Positions 10,127 to 22,372 of a DNA stretch of 56,779 nucleotides are shown here, in pieces (positions within the stretch are counted from its first letter, which is position 1; the number at the start of each line of letters is the position of its first letter). Below the pieces are notes generated by a model that ran no database searches, was not told where the DNA came from, and worked only from the letters and a program-made list of their open reading frames with translations. The position numbers were made by a program, and so were the translations under genes. The DNA is from Calcarisporiella thermophila CBS 279.70 (lineage: Eukaryota; Fungi; Calcarisporiellomycota): the NCBI RefSeq assembly GCF_041956535.1, contig NW_027192219.1, positions 235,085 through 291,863 on the forward strand, given 5' to 3'.

Positions 10127-10984
10127 TTATTTCTTCCCTTTCTTCCCGCCCTTACCGCCCGAGGACTTCTTCTTCTTCTCCACCTCCTCCATCCGCAACA
10201 GCTCCTGCTCGGCCGACTTCGCATCCCGCTCGCGTTTTAGCTTGTCACGCTTTTCTGCCTCTGCCGCATCCCGTTTATCCCGCTCCTCGCGCGTCTTCGA
10301 CTCGCGCTCCTCTCGGGCCAGAAGCTCCGCACTCTCCTGCTGAAGGGCCTTCACGCGCTCGTGTTGCACAATTTCATTAGCGTGCTGGAAGATCATTTCG
10401 CCCCAGCCTTCGTGCAGGGCATTGGCCTCTTCCACAACCTCCTGAAGCTCCTGGTTCATCTCCTGCTCAGTGGCAAGGACTTGGGCCCACAAGTCATCTC
10501 CCACCGCACCATTGCGGAGGAGCTGGGAGAGGGCCTGCTTGTCTTCGCGGAGACGGAGCACACGCCGCAAATCTTCAGTAGCACGACGTAGAAGTGCAGC
10601 TTTGAGGTGGTTGTCGGGTGCATCTTTCGAGAGCAAGGTGATGTATTCATTGCGCTCATGATGCTGGCCAAACCAAGGCTCAGCCTTGAACGACTCTATA
10701 TACGGTAGTGAGAGGTCAGGGCACGGATTAGAAAGGAGAAAGAGAGAAGCGGAAGAATTGAAAGGAGAGTGTGTGCGGAGTGGGGGAGGGGGGGGGGGGA
10801 AACGGAGGGTCTAAAGCGATCATCATTTCCAATCCGCAACAGCACCCATCCCAGCATCATCTTCAGCATAAAAAATGAACAGATGCGGTGACTTACTCCC
10901 TTTTCGTCTCCAAAAGTATGAGAAAGTCCCCATCGCCACTAACCAACCCGTCACGTAGATAGTTGCAAGCCCATAGGATGACAT
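10127..10984 (-). CDS. SEC66: Sec62/63 translocon subunit Sec66 (Sec71), 2 exons
   Basis: Exon 1 MSSYGLATIYVTGWLVAMGTFSYFWRRKG (TM anchor) ends at a GTAAGT donor. Exon 2 has KAALLRRATEDLRR...GAVGDDLW...EEAN...GW..IF..ANEI. Confidence 0.9.
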
Positions 10985-11461
10985 CTTTGCTTCGATATCA
11001 CGGATCCGAATGTGTATTCAATGAGGAAGCCCGGCACTGGATGAATGAGAGGACACGATCAATGTTAGCTTACTAAAAAATAAGGCAACAAAACTCCTGA
11101 ATCTACGATCTTATTTTTTTTATGTAGAGGCCGTTTTGAATCGAAATCAAAAAGTACCTTTTTCTCCAGCCAATGAACGCAACACAGCAAAATGGGGGAT
11201 AGTAAAGGGATATCCAGGGATATCCCTAAATGGCATGAGTCGCCATATTAAATGGCGAATTTTCACGAATCGGGTGAGCTAGGTCGTTATCAGTCCCAGA
11301 GATCTCGCAGAAGGCGGGAGATGGATAAAAACAAATTGCAAAGCGAACAATTAAAAAGATGAGTTTATAGAACGCGAAGACATGAGGATTGAAAGAAGCA
11401 CAAAAATGGATATACTGTACAATAAAATAAATCATCACCAACGGTACGCCTGGAGACTGAC

Positions 11462-14400
11462 CTAGCTTTCGTTAAAGAGGGAACATACATGCCCACAGCC
11501 TGTCGGACACTCATGATTTCTGGTAAACCACTCCTTCATGTGTAGCAGATGCCCCCCGTGGCTGCACCCTTGACACCATAAGTAAAGGCCTTTCACGGGC
11601 TGATGGCAAAGCGAGCACGGACTAACCAATTTGGCGCACTTGTCGCATGACCAGAAGCCGCGATCGACGCCGCTCGGCTCGATGGCTTTAAAGCAATTGT
11701 TGCAAGAGGTGTAGATGGTTGTCATATTCTAAAGTCAATTCAGGTGATTCACACCATGAGTACCAGGCCATACTTGGATACAAATGAAATATAAACACAA
11801 TCTCCCACCTGGTTTCTCTCCCGCACGGAATCGTATTTGCAGAGATTGGCAATCCGCGCTGCAGCGCTCCAAAGTTTGAATCGGTGCATCAACTCGATGT
11901 ACGAATGGAACCACGCCTCCTCCTCCTGATCCCCCTCATCCCCCGTCTCTTCTTCATTGATCCCCTTCAGCTCTTGGGTATCACGCGCCTGTTGCGAGTC
12001 AATCCCTCCCGCCATCTCACCTCCGGCCCCCGGAGCATCCATTTTCTCAGCCCCGCCTCGAGGCCCTGCTTCAGCGCCACTGACGCTCGAGTTTAGCTTA
12101 CTCCATGACCAGTGTTTTTCCAATACCAATAGGACACTGACACACATCTGCACATCCCCCTGCTCTGCGTAGTATCGTATGAGATCGCGAACAATCTCAT
12201 CATGCTGCCAAAGGGGGGCTGAAGTGGGCCCATTGAAGCGGTCCTCAGTCCTACTCGAGGCCGATTCATTGGCGGTTGCATTGTTGAATGTGGATGCAGT
12301 GGAGGAGGGGGGGGCGGCCGTGCTGACCGAACGTCGCGAGGGGAGAAAGGGGGTGGAGGGTGGGTCGGCAACCATAGGACTGTCGACGCGCGAGGTACTC
12401 CCCCCGCCGCCACCGCCCCCCAGCATGCGTAGTGGGAAGGTTGCCGAAAGCTGGCTCTCTTCTTGCGCCGAGTGATCATCCGAGGTGTCGGCCCACCCCT
12501 CGTTCGCTGCGTCCGGTAGGGCGTGCTCCGAATGGAACGTGTCGCCGTTCGGCTTTTCCGTGGCCGAGGAGGAGATGGAAAGCTCCGAAAATCCGTGCGA
12601 AACCAACCCTTTCCACGAAATATTAAAGCGGTGGCCGTCAGTATCGATCGACTGAATGGACACCCAACGCATACTTACCTTCATTATAATCTGTCGATGG
12701 ACTTGCTTTGGATTCGCTGTAGAGTAGCTGCAAAATCCTCCAAGTGTGCGATGCCCTTGGCTTAAGGCATTCCAGTGCCACCTGGGTTGTAGAAGGGAGG
12801 AGGGAGGGGAAATTGGGCATTCCGAAGAATTAGGCTAAGCATAGTAAATAATACGGATCAGCTCACAACGCTTACCTTGGCATTGTGCTCACACGCACCC
12901 CATACATCGTGACTCGACACAACATAGTTGTTGGCTGCGTGCACAAATGCCCGGTGGTCGAAATAAGGCAACTGCAACCATCCAGACACTTGGGAGGGAC
13001 GATAGTGAAGATCATCGTCATCACGCTCCTTGTTATCGAGAGGTCGCACCACCTTTTTACTACCTCCACTTCCAACCACATCGACAGTGAGGGATTCGTC
13101 CACGAACGGCTCACGGGAATCGGGCTGAAGGGAGAAGGCAAGATTTCCCTGCGGACTCCAGCCGACCCCGTTCTTGCATAAATGGTTGAGGAGCTGGTAT
13201 CCGGAGTGCAGGGCATTTGTGATCTGGAAGGACCCGTCCTTCGAGCATACCCAGAGAATATCTTGGTCGTGCCACAATAAACCTAAGGGAGGGAAAATTG
13301 GACAATGGTGGTTAGGACATCGCTCTTGAGGTTCTTGGACCTATGTCGATTGACTACGCGTTTACCTGTCGGCATACTAGTTTGTTCATCCACAATATAC
13401 TTCGGGATATAGGGTCTCCGCACATCCCATACATTAATACGATTGTCGCTGGTGAGCGAGCATGCTGCGATCTCATTGTCATGATCGGGCCGCCATTGGA
13501 CTCGAGCTATGCTTGATATGGTGGGGATGGTATGTAGCGGTTTGCGGCGATCTGAGCTCACATCCCATATTTTAATGGTACGGTCGCGTCCCCCGCTCGC
13601 CAAGATGCTTCCATTTGCATGCCAATCAAGCGCAAATGCAGGTCCTGTGTGGGCATTGAGTTTGCGATCATAGATATAAGGCTTGCGCATATCCCACGTC
13701 TGAATGGTGCCGCTCTCAAAGGCGGCCGCAAATTCATGGGAGTAGAGCGGGTGAAATTGCACATCTCGCACGCCGTCGGATTTGCCTTCAAAAGTCATTC
13801 TGGACACCAATTTATCACGCAGGTCCTGTGATGTAGACCCAGAAAAGAGGGTTGGGAACCGTCCTCCTCTTCTTATACATGTAAATGGTGGTAAAGTTTA
13901 CCCATAGCTTCATGGTGCCGTCATGAGAAGCACTAAGCAAGTAATAGCCTCCTCCGGGATTAAAGCATATTCGATTGACCGCACGCGAATGCTCCGAGAG
14001 AGTGCGCACTAAGCATAAGGGTAGAGATTTAGTAACGGAGGAATAAAACCTTCACCATCCATTTGTGTATGCACCTAGCTTCTTCCCCGGTCGAGCCAAA
14101 TCCCATAGAATAATGGTGCCGCTGGATGCTGCCGTGGCAATGGAGTTCCGGGAATCTATCGAATCCAAAAGCACATAAACACCCAATGCTTGTTTATATC
14201 CAGAAGAGCGGGACCTACAGTTATTTCCCCACTGAACATCGCTGTTGCTATAGTTAATATTTGTCGTTCCCATAGAATGGATTAAATTCATGTGCGTTGA
14301 GATGTCCCAAGGGGAGATTTTGAGTATTTTAAGAACTAAACGAAAATGCATTAGTGTGAATGGATGGAGACATTTTTAATCAATCTCACTAATTGAAGCA

Positions 14401-14679
14401 CAACTACATGGCCTCGCCAATGCTCTAACCTTCTCTTCCGGCAACGGCGCAGTATTCTCGATCGGGAGACGCGCTCAGTGCATTAAGCCCACTTTCGAGT
14501 TGGAAGCTACGCGGTTTCCAATCCTCGACTGCCATTCGCCCCTTCTCGCCCAAGGAAGTGGTTGAATCGACCTCATCGAACTCGCTCTCTTCCTTTGTTT
14601 CCCCAAAACGATTGTAATAGAGTTGTGCGGTGGAGGATACAAGTCGCGAGAAACTGGGTGTGGTGGATTTGGTGGGCAT
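11462..14679 (-). CDS. WDR24: GATOR2/SEA complex subunit WDR24 (Rtc1/Sea2), multi-exon
   Basis: N-terminal WD40 repeats (VAGRE, EHSRAVNRI, VRDVQF, AHTGP), YAEQGDVQMCV, and a C-terminal RING-like CSLCH..VKGL..WCQGCSHGGH..H..EWF....CPTGCGH. Confidence 0.93.
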
Positions 14680-14834
14680 TGAGGTGGATGGGCGATGAAG
14701 TCGAATATGAGATATGAAGCGCGGAGAGCCATCCTCCAAAATTCCCAAGTCACGACGAATGATGTCACCAATAAGCCACATAGCACACGATATAAATTCG
14801 AGGAGGGTGTTCGGGTTTATTTGTTTTGTTCTTT

Positions 14835-14921
14835 AAACCCTATGATGTGAATTCAACCAAATCAAGCTCAACAGTCTGATTTGAATGAGGACATTATTCT
14901 TCTTCTAACTACTGAGGGTTT
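14835..14921 (+). ncRNA. box C/D snoRNA guiding LSU rRNA 2'-O-methylation
   Basis: Terminal stem AAACCC/GGGTTT, box C ATGATG at 14842, D' CTGA at 14876, C' ATGAGGA at 14885, D CTGA at 14912. Guide TCAAGCTCAACAG (14862-14874) is complementary to conserved LSU rRNA CUGUUGAGCUUGA. Confidence 0.9.
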
Positions 14922-17224
14922 TTTCCTACCATCCTTCACTGGAATAGCTTTTTTATTTCTTCAGACCTTTTATCTCACCCTGCAAACTGGAAATAGAGAA
15001 CCTGAGGAGAATAGATGAATGCAAGAGTTTGAGATTCACTTGAAGAATTTGCTAACGGAGAGCTGTATACATATTCGCTCTGAGCGCTAGCTAACATAGC
15101 AATGTGTCCATTTGCACTCTGCTATAAGTATAACGGGAAAAAAAATGCTAGGTTCTACAGTAAACAAGTTTGTTTTTATTTTGGGCTTTGCGTACATGCC
15201 ACCCTGGATCGTGAATTTGGTTCGGTTGGATATTCATAAAATGCAAGAAAAAAAATAAGGCCAGGGGAGATTTTCCTACGATGTTCATTTGCTCTGGATA
15301 GTTCTCTCCACACTGCCCGGCTTTATATGTTACTGAAGATGAAAAGAAAAGCAAATTACACCGCCATGAAGAGGCTCTCATCTCGGTCCTCCAAGTGAGG
15401 AGAAATTAGACTTCGATGCCGAGAACAAAGTACGAATTCTTGCATCGCTTAACCCTCTATATCTTACTCTTACAAAGAAGCCTAATAAGATCGAGCACTG
15501 ATTGAACGAAACCGACCTCCGAAAAGGTCAACTCACTAGCATATCCATTTAGCCACGCAGCCTGTTATGGTTCCTAAATGATGGTATCATAGAAACAACG
15601 AAATTAAGGTCTAAAACGCTAGCTGGTGAAATTATCACCAAACTCAAATGGGAACGAGCCAGGTGCAAATCTCTCACATCCTGTTGGACGAGTAATACCT
15701 TGGCTGTCTTCCCAAATGAGCTCTAGACAAAAAGAGTCTTGGTACAAAAATGCAGGTCCAACTTAATTAAATTTCCCGGTGTTGCAAGAGGGCTTTCTTG
15801 ATGGTAAAAACATGCTGCTCCTGGTTTGTTTGGCTGATTGTTGGCAAGAAAGTTGAATCCTGGTCTCTCGATTAAGCTAGAGGACACGAAAAAGCAACCT
15901 GAAAAATTCATGATAAGGTAAAATCAAGGAGCCTTAGCGCTATACTTATGGGGATTTTCGACACAAGTTCTTGGTTGCCATATAGAACACATTTGCTCTC
16001 TGATGCTTAAAAATATTATTTTTCTGCTGTCAACCTCCCATTGATGCAATGGTAGTTGTTGAGTCATCTCGAAACTATTTCGTTAGATGAAAGGATAAAT
16101 GCCTTCCTTAACACACAGAAAAGAAAGCAGGATGAAAGGCTTTTCGAGCTAATGATCAGTCGTGAGGTTAGAAACAGCCTCTTCAAAACCTACTGGATTC
16201 TGTGTAAGGGAGGCAGAAATGTCGCAAGCGTTATTCAGTCACACTTAGAGCAATAAAGTCAATATTAGTAGCTAACAATAGAACAGCGGTATAGGAAAAG
16301 CGTTTTTCAGACACAGCGTTTCTCTCCCCAGTTTCAGGGGTGTCGAGGGAAGCAGCTGTTTTCGGGGATCTTAATTGTTTTTGCGTCGGCAATTTTTAAG
16401 TTTTGAGAACTAAAGAGATTCAGTGTATTAGGACAACGGGCATTCAGATAGAGGCTATATTGTTATTCCTATTCCATGTTACAATGTCTTAACTTTGAGG
16501 CTCCGATCCGCACATGAATTTCCTGGTCGGTCTGATGTAACTAGCTATTCATTTTGGGATATAATGTTCAAACCGCTTGGTAATACAGGGCGGGCATGGC
16601 CAGCCTCGCTTCATTTATCCCTTCAGTTGGAACCTTGATATGACTACCAAGGTACCAGTGAACTTGTCCGCATTTGCCCTCCAGATACCTTGCGACTGCG
16701 CCCGTTCTAGCGCTCACCAGGGCATAGGATCCACCTCCTACGTGTATTCCATTCACAAGCTAAACACCACCGGCTTCTGCCATCGGGTTTCCGGCAAGCC
16801 CTGGTCAAACTAAACGCGAGCAGGGTAGAAAAGCAGTTTGCGCACTGCGTACCCTGAGTAACCCTGAAAAAACTCTTTACCAATTCGTTTGGCGCTCCGC
16901 CACCCGCCATGCGACGCTGAGCCCCCTTTCTGATAATGAACTCTATTTGGAAGTGTTACCATCTTGCCTCGGTGCTGATGGGGAAAGTAGCGCAAATGAG
17001 CTATGCTGGGCATAGCCTGTCGCTTATATTCTGTAATATTTCTGTTTTTCCGTGCTCATTCCTCTTGGTGAACCTATTTTCTTGGCTCTAGGTCTTCCTT
17101 ACCTCTTCCTTCCTTCCTCTCCTCTCCTCTCCTCTCCTCTGTGCCGTCTCCTTTCCTCTGTCTTTCATTTGCTATTAGTCAAAGTGCTCGTGGTTGTGGG
17201 GGGCGATAGGTGCATAGATATACC

Positions 17225-19638
17225 ATGGCCACTATTAGGCCGAGAACGGTGAAGTTTCTCGGCATACTATTTATTATTCTATGTTGTTTCGTGTTGGCAA
17301 ATGCATTGCCTCATCTTCCTCATGCCAAACGTCAGGGTGAGGGCGGAGAGAGACCCACTGGGAACGAGCTCGATTTTCCTCGGCCAGGTGGCCAAGATAT
17401 TCCTGCCTCTCCAACTAGTAATGAGAACATGGGCGATAGGAACGATTCACCCGACGATACTAAAGATGGCTCGGGCAAGAATAGTTCTGGCGGAAAAGAC
17501 GCAAACTCAGGCTCGTCCGTGTCGACCCAGCCTAATCCCGAGCTGGACCCTAAGCTCGCCGAAATCTCCGTGCCAGGGGTAGTCACCACGGCAAGTAAAG
17601 AATATTCTGAGTTGCTCGAGCACTCGCTTCTATTCTATGAGGCCCAGCGGAGCGGGAAACTTCCCTCCGATAATCGAGTCAAGTGGTAAGAAGCCAACTT
17701 TGGCCATGAACATCTCAAGAAGACCTAGTTAAACATACGCTTCTTCTCCCCCTTCTCTCTCCTTAATGAATAGGCGCAATTCGTCTTCGCTAAGAGATGG
17801 TTATGACAACAGAGTTGATCTAGAGGGCGGATATTATGATGCCGGAAATTGTAAAGTATCGGCTATGGTTTTTCCGATTGATAGGTTGTGCTTACTCATG
17901 GCTATACTCGTGTAGATATCAAGGCGACCTTTCCGCTGTCGTTCACCCTAAATCTAATTAATTGGGGCGCCCTAGAATACTTCGAGGGATATGTGCTTGC
18001 TAATCAGACTGAATTTCTGCGCTCCATGGTCAAGTGGGGTACGGACTGGCTGAAGAAGGCTCACCCTTCGGCAAACGAGCTCTATGTGCAAGTGGGAGTG
18101 GGGAGGGTCGAGAACAACTACTGGGGGCCGGACACGGATATTCCGACTCCCCGGTATTCCTACAAAATTGATGCCAATAAAACGGGCACCGACGTGGCGG
18201 CAGAAGCGGCCGCAGCATTTGCATCCTCGGCATTGCTGTTCCGCAGATTAGCTCAGCATCGAGGAAACGCCACAGACCAGCAATACGCGGATGAATTAAT
18301 CAAGCATGCACAGGAGCTCTACCAGTTCGCAGAGCTGCGGCCATACAATGTTTACCAGGATTCAGTCCCATCCGCAAAACACGTCTATCCTAGCAAAGGC
18401 TATTACGACGAGCTCTTTTGGGGAGCCCTCTGGTTATACAGGGCAACTGGTCTGAAAACCTATCTTGACACCGCGACCAAGCTGTACAAAGACCACCCCG
18501 ACACCCTAGCTAATTCACCCTACCCCGTGGACTGGGACAATAAGAATGGTGCGGCCTACGTGCTCGCAGCCCAGGTGACCTCGGGTTACTGCCTGGGCGG
18601 GCCGTCTGGGGGAATATTGCCGGCGACCGCAGAGGCGTCCATGTGGCGAAACGCTGCGGAAGCCTATCTCGACAACGTGGTGGACAATCAGCTCGGCGGA
18701 ACGCTGACTCGTGGAGGCCTCCTCTGGTTTGACGGCACCAGCAACAACAACAGCTTGGTGGCGTCGCAGAATGCCGCGCAGCTTCTCTTGACCTATAGCT
18801 CGAGCGTGCTGCGCCAAGCGCCCGATGGCCAAATCCCTACCAAACCCATGGCAATGAGGGCGGCCAAATATGAGAGCATGGCCTTGAAGCAGTTGGATTA
18901 TTTGCTCGGCAAAAACCCCATCAATGTGATGTACGTGGTTGGCGAGCACAAAAACTCACCCAAAAACCCGCATTCCGCTCCCGCCCACGGTGGAAGAGAT
19001 GTATCCAACCTCTTGAACCCACCGCAAACAGCACATGTGTTATTGGGTGCGGTGGTCGGCGGCCCGGACAAGTTCGACCAGTTCACCGATGACCGGCGGA
19101 ACTGGGCGCAAACCGAGGTAAGTCTGCTTCTTCTCTCCTCCCACCCGCATCGACTAATGCAATCTGCCGACAAACACAGGTGAGTCTCGACTATAACGCA
19201 CCCTACCAGTCGAACATAGCCCGCATGGTGATGTACTCCGCCAAAGATCCGTTCTACGTGGTTACTGCCTTACCGCCTTCCGAAGCCAAACCTCCAGACT
19301 CAAACGCCAATTTCCCCCCTCCTCCTTCATCCGAGGATACTTCGGGTGGAGACGGCCGCCCCTGGGCTATCCGTAACCTCCCGTTGCTAATCGGCGTGCC
19401 GGTTGGTGTGCTAGTTCTGGCCTTCGGCATCACACTTTTGATTGTCTACCGTTTCCCATTGTTTGGTAAAAAAGGCGACAATCGAACGATGGATCTGGAA
19501 GGAGCCGTGGCCAACATCCACGGAAAGGATACCGAAGCCAAGCATTCCTCTGTGTATCTGAACACCCCTGACGAACAATTCACCGAGGAATCTACAGATG
19601 GGGAATCCTCTGAACCTGAGCATAGATACTCATCCTAA
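17225..19638 (+). CDS. glycoside hydrolase family 9 protein, signal peptide plus C-terminal TM, 4 exons
   Basis: SLLFYEAQRSGKLP, DLEGGYYDAGN, VKWGTDWL, DELFWGALWLY, PKNPHS, GAVVGGPD, TEVSLDYNA. Confidence 0.95.
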
Positions 19639-20213
19639 TTTACTATATCTGTTGTATTCGAACTTTAGTATATTTACATTTTAATAGCCCTCCCTTCTCT
19701 TTCTATACCATATGTAATGGCGTGATTTTTATTTAATTCTTTCTCCTCGAGCTTGATATTGACTGAGATACCTTCAGTTTTCATTTTCTTATTCCACCTG
19801 CACTTATCCCACCGTGTCTATACCTTTTCCACCTCGTAATATCTGATGAATACCATGTTGAATATAATAGAGCGGAATATAGACGAGATGTTTTATTTGT
19901 GACCGTATCAATGTGTGAAGGAGCAAGGAAAAAAAGGAAAGAAAAAAGGAAATAAGAATAAGTGTGGATGATAAGATGCCAACTTCGAATGTAAACATAC
20001 AAACAACAGAAAAAAAAAGGAGAAAAAAAAAAGAATGAAAAGGGAAGATGCCGTAATAGTGTTATCTTCGTTTTTTTTATATAAAAAAAGCGAGCATGAA
20101 TATATACATATATATTTCAGGAGGGGGAAAAAAAATGTAGAGATAAATGGTTGTTTTAAAACCTAACGGCAATAAGCAAAATCAAATAAAAATGTACCAA
20201 TAAAATAGAATGT

Positions 20214-21818
20214 CTAAAGTTGGGTTCCAAAGGTGAAAGGCATTCCCTCTCTTTCATAGCCCAGCGCGGACACGGGGCTCCTAAGTTGTTCAAAACGATC
20301 GGCGCTGGATTGGCGCAGGTGGGATCCAGGGGCCTGCGAGGTTGTGGGGGTAGAGGGATGGGATTGCGAATGTTGCGGTGTCGGAGGGATGGCACCGCCT
20401 GTTCCTCCATTGCTCATCGACTGAGCCCTCACTCCTAGGGGGTTCTTCGAAAAACTGAGCCGAATGCCGCCACGGTTTGAGCTGTTCAACATGGCGCCCT
20501 GTAGCTCCGTCAACGCACGCATCGCGTAGTCCACGCCCTCGAACTCGACAAAGCACATGGGCCCGTTGGACTTGGTGCGAAAAGAGAGGCGCTTGTATCC
20601 GGAGCATTTGGAAAAGAGCTGGCGGAGCTCTTCTTCATTCGTGCTGTGGGGAAGATTGCCTACATAGAGAGTGTTACAGGGAGGATTTTGATCCGCAGGG
20701 TTGGAGGAGACGGGTAAATGCGGTCCGTTGAAACCAGGGGGGGTCATGCCAGGAGAGGAAGGGGGCGGGGAAGCGAGACCACCGAATGAGCTGAGCGAGG
20801 GAAATCGTGCTGAGTGTGGCATGGGGGGTAAATCGTCCAAACTCCACAGCGAAGAGGTCCCGTAGCCAGAGACGCTTCCATAGCTATTGATGTTAGTGCT
20901 AGCGCCTATCCCATTGCTGGTGGTGCTGCTGCTACTGCTACTTCCACTGCTCAGGGCCGGGGTTGATTTCGACAGGTAGTCCACGTTCGTCCCAATAATA
21001 TCCTCTGCTTCGTGGAAAACCCCTCTTGCCCCATTTCCCACGCCGAGAGCTCCCACTCCCACGCGAGACGGAAAACCATTTCCACCGCTGCCTCCCATGT
21101 TTGCTGCACGCTGGGCCCGCTGGGTAACAAGAGTGCTGAGACTCGTGTCTCGCAACTCCAGGGTAGGGTTTCTGGCTACTGTCGAATTCGAAACGGAGGG
21201 ATTGTTCGAAGCCGTGGGAGTAGTGAGAACGTCTGCAAAGAATTCTGGGTGCTCACTGGGTGACAATAGTTCATTTAAAAGAGGAGATACAAGGGAAACC
21301 GACAACATGGGGTCGTAAGGAGTTGGTACAACGGACGGAGGCGGAACCAGCCGCTTGCTTGCTAGACTCCCAAAACCGTTCTCAGCAGAGAGAGGCGATG
21401 CAAGCATGGGTGGGAGATGTTTGGGGTAGTCACCCGTGCGCTTTGTGTGGAGGTTTTTCTTGGCCATCTCGGCCTTAAGAATGCAGCCCTTTTCATGGTC
21501 GATTTTGCGCCCGCTCAGAAGATCGCGCGCATCCATAGCTTCGCGACGAGTCCGAAATTTAGCAAATCCAATCTACAATTAACAAAAAAACTTGTTACTC
21601 AATAGGGGCAGACAATATAATTAGCCGTGATTAGAACTTACAATTTGCTTTCGGGCATTGTTTTCCTCGCCTTCGGCTTTCTGTGGTATCTTGAGGGTTG
21701 CGGCCTCAAACCCAGGGCAGAACAGGAACATGTTTTGAAACTCTCGCTCCTGCATATCTTCGGGAAAGCCGACGACGAAAATAGTAGAGATTTCTTCGGA
21801 AGATGGTGGTAATGCCAT
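20214..21818 (-). CDS. Whi3/Scw1-like two-RRM RNA-binding protein
   Basis: [22 protein letters not shown] and [18 protein letters not shown]...GPMCFVEF...[15 protein letters not shown]. Confidence 0.9.
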
Positions 21819-22372
21819 ATTCTGAGCTGAAAAGATTAGTTTCCAGAGCACGGGAGTCATTTCAACAATAGAATTAGCCTACCTAATGATCACCTGAATG
21901 ATAAAAATTAGCGAGCTCGTGAGGAAAAAAAATAATGAAGGTTGTTTGTGGAGGGGGTGGGGGAAGTGAAAATTAATGGGGGTGCTTGGAATGAGAATAA
22001 TGAATCTCAAGTGTGCAGTGAGAAAGAAATATTATACAGAAAAAAAGTACTAGTAAGAGTGTTCCAGAGGAGAAGGTTAGAATGGGGGGGAAGCGGGAAG
22101 GTAATGAGAAGAGAACAAATAAAAAAAATAGAAAGTCGAAAATACAAAAGAAAAAGGTTAGGGTGATGTGGCTTCTTCGAGGAAAAACCGCTGTAACCAG
22201 TTTTTTCAAAACTAGTTTTTTTGCCCCACCTGTTTTCTATTTCACTCGGCCATCAGAATATTCTGAAATTTGCCCACTAACTACTTGTTTCCCTCCAATT
22301 CTATCCGACCATTTTATTTTATTTCAACATCATAGTTGGCCAAAATAAATCGCCTCCACATCCCCTAATAAT

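Noticed and set aside
10715-10830. ATGATGA...CTGA on the - strand in the SEC66 intron as a second snoRNA
   Set aside because: No terminal stem, low-complexity interior and no recognisable rRNA guide.
15100-17050. Cluster of 60-80 aa ORFs
   Set aside because: No motifs or splice-consistent structure; more likely promoter or non-coding sequence.
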